NCBI RefSeq assembly: GCF_006345805.1 | Contig: NC_043016.1 | Span: forward strand, 17,298,001 to 17,362,000 | Length of the DNA stretch: 64,000 nucleotides | Direction: 5' to 3' | Source: Octopus sinensis | Lineage: Eukaryota | Shown here: one piece after another, positions 49,804 to 62,400 of the stretch | Position numbering within the stretch: the stretch's first letter is position 1 | Layout of the letters: each line of letters starts with the position of its first letter | The notes under the pieces: model-generated | Seen by the model: the letters and a program-made list of their open reading frames with translations, nothing else | Database searches by the model: none | Told to the model about the DNA's origin: nothing | Position numbers and translations under genes: made by a program

Positions 49804-52800
49804 TCATGTGTGCATGTGTGTGTCTGTGTTTGTCCCCCCACCACTGCTTGACAACCGGTGCTGGTGTGTTTATGTCCCCATAACTTAGCAGTTAGACAAA
49901 ATAGACCAATAGACTAAGTACCAAGCTTTAAAAAATAAAAAAAATGTACTGGGATCAATATATTCCACAACAAATTCTTGAAGGCAGTACCCCAGTATGG
50001 CTGCAGTCTAATGACTGGAGCATGTAAAAGATAAAATATATATATATTTAAGACTGTCACTTATAAGAACCTACAGTTTACAGTCTTATGAACAAGAACT
50101 GATGGATCACTTTATTCCTTAATTCCTTTCAGTCATTTGACTGTGGCCATGCTGGAGCACTGCCTTTAGTCGAACACATCGACCCTAGGACTTATTCTTT
50201 GTAAGCCTAGTGCTTATTCTATTGGTCTCTTTTTCTGAACTGCTAAGTTACAGGGATGTAAACACACCAGCATCAATTTCCAAGCGATGTTGGGGGGACA
50301 AACACAAACATACATATATATATACATATATGACAGGCTTCTTTCAGTTTCCGTCTACCAAATCCACTCACAAGGCTTTGGTTGGCCAAAGACACTTGCC
50401 CAAGGTGCCACTAAGTGGGACTGAACCCAGAACCATGTGGTTGGTAAGCAAACTACTTACTACACAGCCAGTACTGCACCTATGATATTTTTTTTAATGT
50501 TTGATTAGTGGTACCATGGAATTACAATAAAAGTCAAGAAAAGTAGCATTGCTTTTAAATTCTTATGGAAATTGTTAGCAAAATATCTTTCCAGAATTAA
50601 CATCATATTGTTTCACAGCCAAGGATTATGGGAACGATTTAAATATTTTGGAAAAAAAAAATCTTTGGAATTCAAACTGAGAATTTCCAAGCAAGAATTT
50701 TGCTGTACAAGTAATATAGTTTTGTCAGTGTCAGGAATTTTAGAGCAGAATCATTCAGGACTGATTGACTCACATAAAAACACAAAAAATTTGAACAGCT
50801 TGGCATAAATTTCTTAGCCTCAGTGTTAAATAGCAAATGATTGTTCTTCATACACCAAACTTTTTTGCAGGATTATAACACTATTTTTTACTGTAAGGTA
50901 ATGAAAGCAATCTATCATCTAAAGAAAGATGTTTGGGTAGATTTTGTTGCAGCCTTTGAAAAACACATGATAGGTTACACGAGGGAAACTCTTCCATTAA
51001 CCATTAGAGAAGAAAATATGGGCATGTTTGATACAAACTTTTGTTGAAATGGATTTCAGCACTAATATTTTCTTTTAATGTATATAATAAATTTTATAGA
51101 TTTAAGTATTTTTTTTATTGATTACTAAAATAAAAAGAAAACATTCTTGTATTTTACTTTCTTAATTGTTATATAGAGCCTCAAATTTCAGTAGCAGTCA
51201 TGTGGTATATGTTTGTGAGTGCACATGTGCACACACATGGATATATGTTGTACACACATACACACAAACACATAAATTTCAATCTGATATACTGAATATA
51301 CAACTAATAAAGGCCTCCCATGTCTAACTGAATTTCATTAGTAACTTTAGCTGTGCAGAGAAAGGCTTTATTCACTTTAATGTTCAACAACACAATACAT
51401 CAAACCTTAATCCATCTATTGAGGAGAATTAAAACCAGAGACTCTTTAACTCATAATGTTTGTTTGAAAATAAGGTTATATGAGGAAGAAGGCAGAAGGA
51501 AAATTTACTGTTTTTAGGTTAAATTTTTGAAATTAATTTGTTAATTATCTGATTTCTTTGAATATTAATACTTTGAAATAAGGCAGCAGCCACCTGGCAG
51601 AATCGTTAGCATGTTGGACGAAATGCTTAGCAGTATTTTGTTCATCTTCATGTTCTGAGCATGAATTCTACTGAAGTTGACTTTGTCTTTCATCCTTTTC
51701 AAGTTCATAAAATAACAGAACTGGGGTTGATGGAATCAACTTCCCAACTTCTTTGAAGTTACTGGCCTTGTGCCAAAATTTGAAACCAATATTAATATAT
51801 TTGAAACTTTAAGAGTATTCTTGGATGAGATACCATTTTATTTTTTACTGTAAAAATTAATGTGTTACCTAAGTTTACTTATATACAACTAAACACATTT
51901 CTCTGCATCTTCATTGTGCAATACAAGATCTGCAGAAGAGAATGGTTTTTGCACCAGAAGGCATCTCAACAAAATTTAACTGTTCATAATTAATTCAGGC
52001 CAAATTCTAAGTTTAATTGGTAATTAGGGTCTGATTCTGTTCCCAACGATGGCTTCATTACTACTTTTTAATATTAACTTGATGGACATGTATAATATGA
52101 AATATTTTACAGATTTTAACCATTAGTGTCTAGCATGTCTATGTATGTATTTTTGGAACATACACCCAAATCATGTGAAAGAATATATAAATATTTTATT
52201 GAAGAAATAAGATTTGTTCAGGACTGCTTCAATACTTAATGTATCTCATCTGTTCCACAAGTTCAACATCATGTACTGACTACTTAGTTTTTTTAAGACT
52301 ATACACTTATGTGTGTGTGGTGTGTGTGTGTAATGGACCCTTCTGTTGTAATTGACAGATGAGGGATATATTGATTCACTCCCTCTCTCAAATCAACATT
52401 GCTTTTATGTACGCACTGTGCACCACATATTAAACGTCAAAGTCATCACACAGCAACATGAAATGGAATGATTTGCCCAAGAACACAATACAATACCCAG
52501 TTGAGAAATTAAAACAACTATCTCATGACTATGATATATGCTAACCACTAGGTCATGAGCCTTCACAAATATAGAATCCATGTTGGCATTGAAGAAGGAC
52601 ATTAAAATGATGATGATGATGTGTATATATATATATATATATATACATCTGGGATGGCTGGATAACTGAAGAGATGGTGGTGTGGATTTCCACCTCGGCA
52701 TCCGAACTCAGAGTTTTATCTTGGCTACCGAATAATTGTCACATATTATTTTACAGATAAATTCCTCAATTTTCATAATATTGAGGTCTCTTTCTTTCTT

Positions 52801-53133
52801 TTGTTATCTTACTGTTTTTACCAATATGTATATATATATATATATATAATATATATATATATATATAATATATATAAAGCAGTATGTGTAGTTAACATAG
52901 GTACAATGCCAATTATTTAAAAAAGTATAGAGGAACAATTAAATCAAAATACTCAGTACTTTGACTGATTCCAGAAATATAAATGGTAAAGACAACTTTA
53001 ACAAGATTTGAATCTAAAGAGCTGGAAGAGAATGTGCAAGATATTTTTCATTAATGCTTTAACAATTCAGTCAACCTGCCATCTGTTTTTCTGTTAATCT
53101 ATAATTTAATATTTGAGTGTGTATGTATGTATG

Positions 53134-53178
<45 letters not shown>

Positions 53179-56100
53179 TGATCACTCTATGTTACCAGAA
53201 CATAAAAATACATTGAGAGACATAATATATTCTACATTACATTTTCAGTAATCACAACATCACAGTGTAGGTATTTCTACTTAAATTTTACCATATAAAC
53301 AATTTCTACATTCGTATTATTATTATATAAGCACCTTCTACATCACTACCACTATATAAGCTCATTATACACCCATATCACTTCTACATTCACACTTTTG
53401 TCTTATGAAATTAACATTTATCTACTTTCTGTTTCCTTGAAAGCTGCTGTTTACCTTGATGTTAGCCTTGATCGAACAGGCTCAAAGTCCTACCAGCTAT
53501 GAACATTCTGTTTTTTTATTATTATTATTATTATTTTAGGTGTCATGTATCTCAGACTGTACCATCTGATGTCTCCATTGTTAAGCCCATAAGGTGTAGT
53601 TTGAAGGAGATTTGGATGCTACTTGTAGCAGTTTGAGTGACCATATGGACATTTCTCCCTGTTGGTTTGTTTTCAAACCTGTTATTTCAGTTGCTATTTT
53701 ATCATACATTTATCATAGTTCACGTTATTGTCCTTGTGAGCACAACTTTGGTCAGTGTTAAATGACTTTTCTTCCTTAATTAGTTATACTTATTCCAGAT
53801 AAAACAGAATATAGAAAGTATCTTAATGACTTCAAATGTTAATTATAAAATTGTTCTCATTATCTTTATCCTCTAAATGTAGTTGATGAAGACTTAGCCT
53901 TCTGTAAAAGTGAAAACAACTGTCACCACACGGCCAAATGTGTAGATTATGCAACAGGATATTGCTGCCAGTGCTCTTCCGTAACTTATGGCAATGGAAT
54001 CAAATGTTTGAAAATAGGTAAGATGCTTGAATTTTGTTCTTAGTCTACATCAGGTTGTCAATAAACTGGGGTAAACTCTGTGTGTGGTAAAAATGAAATT
54101 CTTGGGAGTAATGAAAACTCATTAAACATAAGTAAAATCATATAAAAAAACCATGTTCTTTCAACAAACCTTTTGAGTTCAAAGAATCTATGATTTCCTT
54201 CCTTTCAAATCAAGTGGGTAAAGACTTAAATAAATGTATTTTGGGGTAATTTGTTAAAAAAGTTCCCCAATCCCTGGTCTACATATTATGGGAAAAAACA
54301 AAATTAGTAGGAATATCAAAAGTTCAGAAATGTAAAAATGTCCACAAATCTTTTAATTAATCATTTGTAAAGTGATTCAGATTATTAGAATTATCTATGT
54401 TATGCTTATGTCTTGGCTTTTATGAATTTTATTGATTCTATAATGGGATGGAGAATTCTTCAAATTCGATATTTGCATATGCTGTTGAAACATAGATCAT
54501 TGGGACGGGAGAGTTGTTCCTGTTTTGGAGTTAAGCCAATTGACACAATTTAAGTTGTGATCAATTCCCAACAAATTCCATAAAATAACCCAGGCAGAGT
54601 ATGAACTCATGATGTTCTCAACACCAAGTATTAAATGTAAATTAAAGGAAGGGGATTGATGCCTGTTTGTCCACAAGATAATCTATTCTGAATAATGTCT
54701 CAACAATTATGTACAAAACTCCAAATAGACCTACATCTATTGTTGATAATAGCGTAAAAGTTAATCTGAAAGTCAGTTTCTTTACTCTGATATTTGTGGA
54801 TCTAACAGCGGAATGTATGAAATGATTTTCCTCTTGAAAAGATATATGTATAAATGCATAATACAAATTTCTACCATTAGGCCGTTTCCTAACAACAAAT
54901 GTAAACTGGTGCCGAGAAGAAATCTACCAAATACCGAAACAAATGCAATGGATTTGATCCCATGTCTTTTGCTTTCATTATTGATGTGGCTCTTTATTTT
55001 GTACATTGGCCCTTCTCAGATCACATAAAATCCAGTGAGACCATGCAACAAATCGAGTTTGATGTGATTAATAATAAAGGCAAAATCCTGACCAGTATAA
55101 TTACTGCACATTAAATGCATTCTTTCTTAATGGTAGCACACTTATTCGCATAAACAAAGAGGTGTGGGTTCAAGTACCACACAGATGGGGGAAAAAACCT
55201 AATTTTTTCTGTCAAAGGCTTATATGCTCCATTATTAGACTATTTTCTTCAGTCATAACACAGTGATTATTGCTATAAGCTTTAAGCTTCTAAAATACTA
55301 TTATATATATATATATATATTATATATATATATTAAATTAGAGATAAAACCACTATTAGGCAAATCAAACAGTGAAAAACATAAGCCATACATAAAATTA
55401 ATTTAAAAATATAAAAGTTAAAAATAAAAAATTATTTAATAATTTAAACTTATAAATTTTATATATATATACAAATATATATATATATATATGTATGTAT
55501 ATTTTTATATTTATATATTATTTTATTAATTAATTAATTAATTTTTTTTTTTATAAATCAAAAGTATTAAAAGTTTAATAAAAGATATATATATATATAT
55601 CAATAGATAGATGGATCTTAAATTTATTAATGAAGATAATACTATTGAAACCAAGATATTTGATCAATGTACTTTTATTTCAGAACATCCTCAACAACTT
55701 AACGGCAGAATTACTCTGACTCTAAATAAAACCAGATCATTTAACTTGAACAGACATTCATACATCATAATAACTAGCGGACGTGCCTACACTGTTGTCA
55801 GCTCAATTGCTCAAGAAACTGGTCTTTCGGTCATTTTATTGGATGGCATAAACAGTTTCCTTGGGTTCTTATTTGGCACCATAGAAACTGGAACTTCCAA
55901 AAATGGATATATGATAACAGGTAAGTGGGAAAATATTCTTGAACTCTTAGAAGGTAATCAATCATTGTAGTCCATCATCATTTTTTTCTTTTAATGTCTG
56001 TATTTCCATGTTGGCATGAGTTGGATGGTTCAACAAGAATTGGCAAGTCGAAGGGCTGCACTTGCCCCAGCTGTCTGCTTTGGCATGGTTTCTGTAGGTG

Positions 56101-56400
56101 GATGTCCTTCTTATCATTAGTCACTTTCCAGAGCCTACTGGGTGCTTTTAGATGTGGTACCAGCATGGATGCTTTTATATATATTCGTTTACTCTTTTAC
56201 TTGTTTCAGTCATTTGACTGCGGCCATGCTGGAGCACCACCTTTAGTCGAAGAAATTGACCCCAGGACTTATTCTTTGTAAGCCTAGTACTTACCCTATT
56301 GGTCTCATTTGCCAAACTGCTAAGAGACCAATTGGTTGTCAAGCAGAGGCAGGAGATACATAGACACACAGACACACACACACACATGCACACACATACA

Positions 56401-56435
<35 letters not shown>

Positions 56436-59400
56436 GACAGGTTTCTTTCAGTTTCCATCTACCAAATCCACTCATAAGGCTTTGGTTGGCCCAAGGCTAT
56501 AGTAGAAGGCACTTGCCCAGAGTGCCACACAGAGAGACTGAACCCAGAACCATATGGTTGGAAAGCAAGCTTCTTACCACACAGCCATGCCTGTGCCTAT
56601 ATATATTCATATATTTATTCGTAAATTTATGTTAACCCTTTTGTTAGCATGTTTCTGTTGAGATGCTCTGTGTTTCTTTTAATCATTTAGCTAGTGTTTG
56701 GAACATAAATTGTGACTAAGGTTTGGTGGAAGAATTTAATTCAAAACTTTTGAAAAGAAGACATTTGTACTACAGAGCCAGAGGCAGTTTCAGCTGGGTT
56801 GGTATCAAAAGGGTTAAAGACACTTTATCAAATAGATTTTTTTAATCAGTTTATTTAGTATATGAGGTGAAATAGTTAATGGTAGATCAGTTTATGGAAC
56901 ATCATCTCCTTTTTATAAAAAAAAAGCAAAAAAGAGATGATTAAATTTCATTGTGTATCTCTGTAAAATTTATCCGAAATGATTTCACCCAGGATACAAA
57001 GCCAAAGTAAAATGTACAATTGCCAAATTTTTAAAGAACTTAAAGAATTGATTTGTATTAGTGTCTCGTTGAATTTCAAGAAATATTTCCCTATTTCCTT
57101 CAAGGTGGAGATCTGAATCACACTGCTAAGGTAACATTTGAGACTGGAGAAGAAATTTTAATCAGGCAAAGGTTTTTCAGCCAGGATACTGATCTACACA
57201 TGCGAGCTGAGACAAATATCACAGGAACTTTGCCATGGATACGCAGTGGTGCAGTGATAGTTATAGATATGTATAATGAAGACTTTGTCCATACGGAACC
57301 TGGTAAGTAACTTTCCCTATTCACTTCACTGCAAAAATTACTCTTTTTATGCCTCAGCTATGTAAAAATTAAAAATAACATTAATTCCTAGGATAATAAT
57401 AATGGCATGACAATTTATCCTGTAGAAGTTTGTATCTTTTTATGTTAATGTATGGCTGTATTTTCTTAATACTTTTTAATATATAAGTTGTTATAAATGA
57501 CAGTTTTCTCCCAACTTATTCTTTGCCCACTACATCATTATCTTACTTTAATTTTTCCTCACTTTTTTTTACTTTTTCTTTCTCTTACTACTATTTTTTC
57601 TCTCTTATTCCCAAAATGGTTTGTTTAGCTTTGTTTATATGTTTTTCTCCTTTCCAATCTCTTTTACTAATTTCATTTTCTATATCACAATAGGTGTGTT
57701 ACGTGCCCGAACTACTCGTGTTTACCGAGTTGATGGTGTTGGCAAGAAATACACTTGGGAACAAAAAGTTGAATTTCACGAATGCATACACGACCCTTCA
57801 ATCAACAGGCCACAAGTATTTAGACATAGCATCAAAAAAATATATTATGGATACAGACAAGACAAACAAACAATCAGCTTTATTGCTGCCAGTGGTGTCC
57901 GAACTATTAAAGGTAAAATATTCTTATTTAAATTATTTTTCTGCATATTATTCCTCATAAATTTCTAAATCTCTGTAGTTTCAAATTACCATTATCTATT
58001 GGGAGACTTTTGTGATTTAAGCAAAATTATTTTCATGAATTCGTGTTCTTCAAAAATCATCACTTAATGTCCATGTTCCAAGCTGACATGCATTGGACAG
58101 TTTGACAGGATCTGATGAACTTAAGGACTGCATCAAGCTCCACTGTCTGTTTTGGCATGGTTTCTATGGCTGAATGCCTTTCCTAATGCCAACCACATAA
58201 GAGAATGTACTGGGTGCTTTATTTGTATCATGCAGCTCATAAGAGTACAAACCTGAAGGGGAAGGGAGTCAGCTTCATGCTGGGAATTGAAGGGATACAA
58301 TGTGAAATGGGGGGGGGGACAAAGCTGGCTCTTGTAGAAGAGCTGCACGGTTACTCACATTTTGTAGGGAAGGAAGAGGAATGGCCAGTAGGGGCTGTGA
58401 AGAGAAAGATATTAGAGATGAAGTGTTCAGGTGAGTAAAAGGGAGTGGGTGAAGAGTCTTCAAGAGTGAATGGGGGTGCAAGAGATGGCAAGATGAAGGG
58501 GCAGCCTACAAATGTAAAAAAAAAATGGTTAGGTAGAGATGAAGGAAGATGACTTCTAAGTCATGAGTTGGGGAAGGACAAAGAGATGCAGGTGGGAATG
58601 CGTAAGGTGGTGGAGAATGGCTGGATAGCGATAGAATTGACAGGTGGAAGGCAAAGAAGAAAAATGACAAAATGGGGGTAGGCTGCAGAGTGAGGGTAAG
58701 AGGTGGTGCATGGTGAGAGGTTGTTTGATTTATTGGGGTCAGAGGTAGGAAATCAATGTAATGAGTGAATGATAAAAAGCATAATATATTCAATGCCTTT
58801 AGAACTTAGTTATGTTGAGGGGGAAAGATCTTTTTAAGAACCTTATGTTACCCATCAAAATGGTTTTGTAGTAGTGAGACATAGACATTGTTTGTATAGT
58901 CTGGAGAGGAATCATTTGTGTAGAATTCATTCTTTATATATTGTTAACATTAAAGATGAAATAGAAGCAATCTGAGGAAGTGGTTGTACAGAAATGGTTG
59001 CTACCAATGAGTGCAGAGCAGATGACTGCCCTTATATGGTATGAATGGATGGTGAATGCTGGGTATTAAAAATAAATGACATGGAAGAAAGTGATGAGGG
59101 GAAGATTTTGCAGTATAATGCACAACAGTCACCACTTAAGTAGGTTTAAGAAAACTGTGGGTATTGTGCTGTGTTGTAGACCCATCAAACCCAAGTCAGC
59201 ATGGAAAAGAACAAAACAAAACAAACCCAATCCAAACATTGAAAATTTGTTAATGATGATAAGGAAGATGATTATTGATGATGTGTTGGCAACGACAACA
59301 ACAACAATCCTTCTACATAAGGCAAGAAATTTTGCAGGGGTCTGGGGGCTAGTTGATTATGTCAACTGGTATGTATTTCATTCACCCCTAAATGATAGAA

Positions 59401-62400
59401 GGCAAAGCCAACTGTGGCAGAATTTGTACTCAGAACATAATTACATGAAATGCCACTAAGAATTTTGTCTGACAAGCTGGTGGTTTTGCCAGCTTGCCAC
59501 CTTAATTATGATAACAACAACAAGAGGAAGATGAAGAAAGAAAAGTTGGGAGATATGAGAGGTTAGCTTGGGAAGTTAAGCAGTTGTGGTCGATGAAAAA
59601 GGTAGCAGTAGTACCAATAGTTATTGGAACAGTGGGCAAAAATCTCGAGAAGTATGTGGAACAAATAGGGGCTGCAATAAGGGTGGAGCGCTTGCAGAAA
59701 ACAGCACTGCTTAGAACCGCTCGAATACTCCAGAACGTGCTCGAAAAATAAGAGGTGTTACCTTAGTTCATTGGTAGTGAACAGCTGACACCTCCTGCAT
59801 TAGAAGCTGTGCAAAGGCAATAATAACAATAATAGCAGTAATTATAATAGCTCTCATGGCTTCTGATCTTAACTGATTGGAAGTGTTATCATGTACATTG
59901 TTTTGTCTTGGTATAAAAGATGGGCTACAGCAAATATTCTGCTCAATAACACAGATCTGCTTGTCACTTGTTTGACCTTAACCAGTTGAGCATGTCCCTT
60001 CGTGGCTGATGATATGTGCATCTCTGATCATGAGCAGAAGTGGTGGGTGAGCATCATAGCCATGTGTTGAGAGGGATTTTTGGGGTTTGAATAATTCACC
60101 TCGGGAAACATGGATGGTTCATTCAACATCCTTAAACAATCCTTATTCAGGGACCTTTTGAGCGGGATGGGCTACTCAACCTGAAGAAAATTCTAACTGG
60201 GCCCCACCTGCAAGGTCATGCACTGTTTATCTTGATTTGAGATTACTGTGTCATGCACTTATGGTTGTGATGCATGTGCCTGGTGTACCCTTATCAAACG
60301 GGTAGTCATGATGGGTATATTGGGCTTCGTATATTTTACCCCAGTGTCTCTTTGAGGGCATGCACTGCTCTTTCACTCAATAGTAATAATAATAATAATG
60401 ATGATGATAATAATAATAATAATAATAATAATAATCCTGTCTACTAAAGGCGCAAGGCCTGAAATTTTAGGTGAGGGGGATAAGTTGATTACATTAATCC
60501 CCAGCACACAACCGGTCCTTATTTGACTGGCCCTGAAAAAATGTAAGCCAAAGTCAAACTCTGCATAATTTGATCTCAAAAGGTAATGTTGGGTGAAATG
60601 CCATGAAGCATCTTTGTCCAATGTTTCTGCCAGCTTACCGTGTTAATGTAATTAATAATAATGACAATGATGCTGATGAAGATGATGACATCAATGATGA
60701 TGACAACAACAACAATAATAATAATGATGACATAATACAACTTATTAACCATTCCACATCTAGAAATGTTCTGATGGGTTCCATTTTGTTTGTTACTCTG
60801 ATTACAAAGAGCAATGGCTCACATTGCTAGAAGTATCTCATTAGAGCTGAACAAATGTCTTGGATAGGTTACCTAGAATAACGACTAATTGTCTCTCACC
60901 AAACGGACGTGTGCATGCAAATATTTAATTACCATTAATAAGCAAATTAACAGACCAAACAATGATTCTTTATTTCAGATAGTGCCAGCTGTCAAGATGT
61001 TAATTGTGGAGACAATTCACGTTGTGTAGTTTCGGATGATAGCTACAGATGTGTATGTAATCACGGATATGAAATGGAAAATTACGAGTGTAAAGGTGAG
61101 ATTTTTTTCATTAGAAATTTTAACATGTCTTTTATTGCTTATGTATGTGTTTTACATGCAAATATACATCAGGCACAGGTGTGGCCGTGTGGTAAGAAGC
61201 TTGCTTACCAATCATATAGTTCTGGGTTCAATTCTACTGCATGGCACCGTGGGCAAGTGTCTTCTACAATAGCGTTGGGCTGACCAAAGCTTTGTGAGTG
61301 GATCTGGTAGATGAAAGAATCCTGTCATATATATGTGTGTGTGTGTGTGTCTGTTTGTCCTTGTAGCTTTGCAGTTTGGCAAAAGAGACTGATAGAATAA
61401 GTACTAGGCTTAAAAAAGAACAAGTCGTGGGGTTGATTTGTTTGACTAAAACCTTTCAAAGTGGTGCACCAGCATGGCCACAGTCAAAATGACTGACACA
61501 AGTAAAAGAGAATCTGTGTATGTGCATTAATGTGTAAGGTCAATTACCATATGTGTTTTATTTGTAATTTTTATAAGTATTTCTGAGCTGAAGGGGGGGG
61601 GAAGGGGAGAGGTTTGATCTGTCTGTCTGTCCTTTAAACTGAACTTGGTGTATTTAGACTGCTTCATGTGCAATCATCAACACCTTTAGCAATATAATAT
61701 ATAATTTTGATATGGTGGTGAGCTGGCAGAATCGTTAGCACACAGGCAAAGTGCTTAGCGGTATTTCGTCTGTCTTTACGTTCTGAGTTCAAATTCTGTT
61801 GAGGTTCTTCATCCTTTCAAGGTCAATAAATTAAGTACCAGTTGTGTATTGGTATTGAGGTTGATCTAATCGACTGGCCACCTCCCCAAGAATTTTGTGC
61901 CTTGTGCCTAGAGTAGAAAAGAGCTTATAATTTTGATATTATAGGTTGTGCTCCATCATAGTACAAAATGCATGAGAACCTCTGAATGTCTTGTGAGTTC
62001 ATGGATCAGCTTCTGGAAGGATTCTCTCTCAAGTGCCATGCTAGGCAAAAATTTTATTGAAGTATTGAAGGCTGCAGTTGCCTATACAGGAAGGGCTTCT
62101 CTCTCTATGTTACTGAGAAAGGGCCTATGATAACTTGGGTCATGATAGACACTACTGTCACATTGCAAAAGGCTGGACAGATATTCTGAGGCCAATATTC
62201 TTTTTTTTTTTTTTTTTGTGTGTGAAAGAGCAACTGTATTAAATTGAATTGATTTCAGTATTTACAAGTATTTGCAGTAGCTGGAACAAAGAGCAAGTAC
62301 AACCTACAAAGCATTTAAAATAAAGTAATATTGAGTTAAATGTTTTCTGAAGTATTTACTCCTGTTTTCTTACAATATCAATTCTGTTGTGCTGTGACAT

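Noticed and set aside
54400-55100. Hydrophobic 71-74 aa ORFs within a nidogen intron
   Set aside because: AT-rich codon artefact. No motif or splice support.
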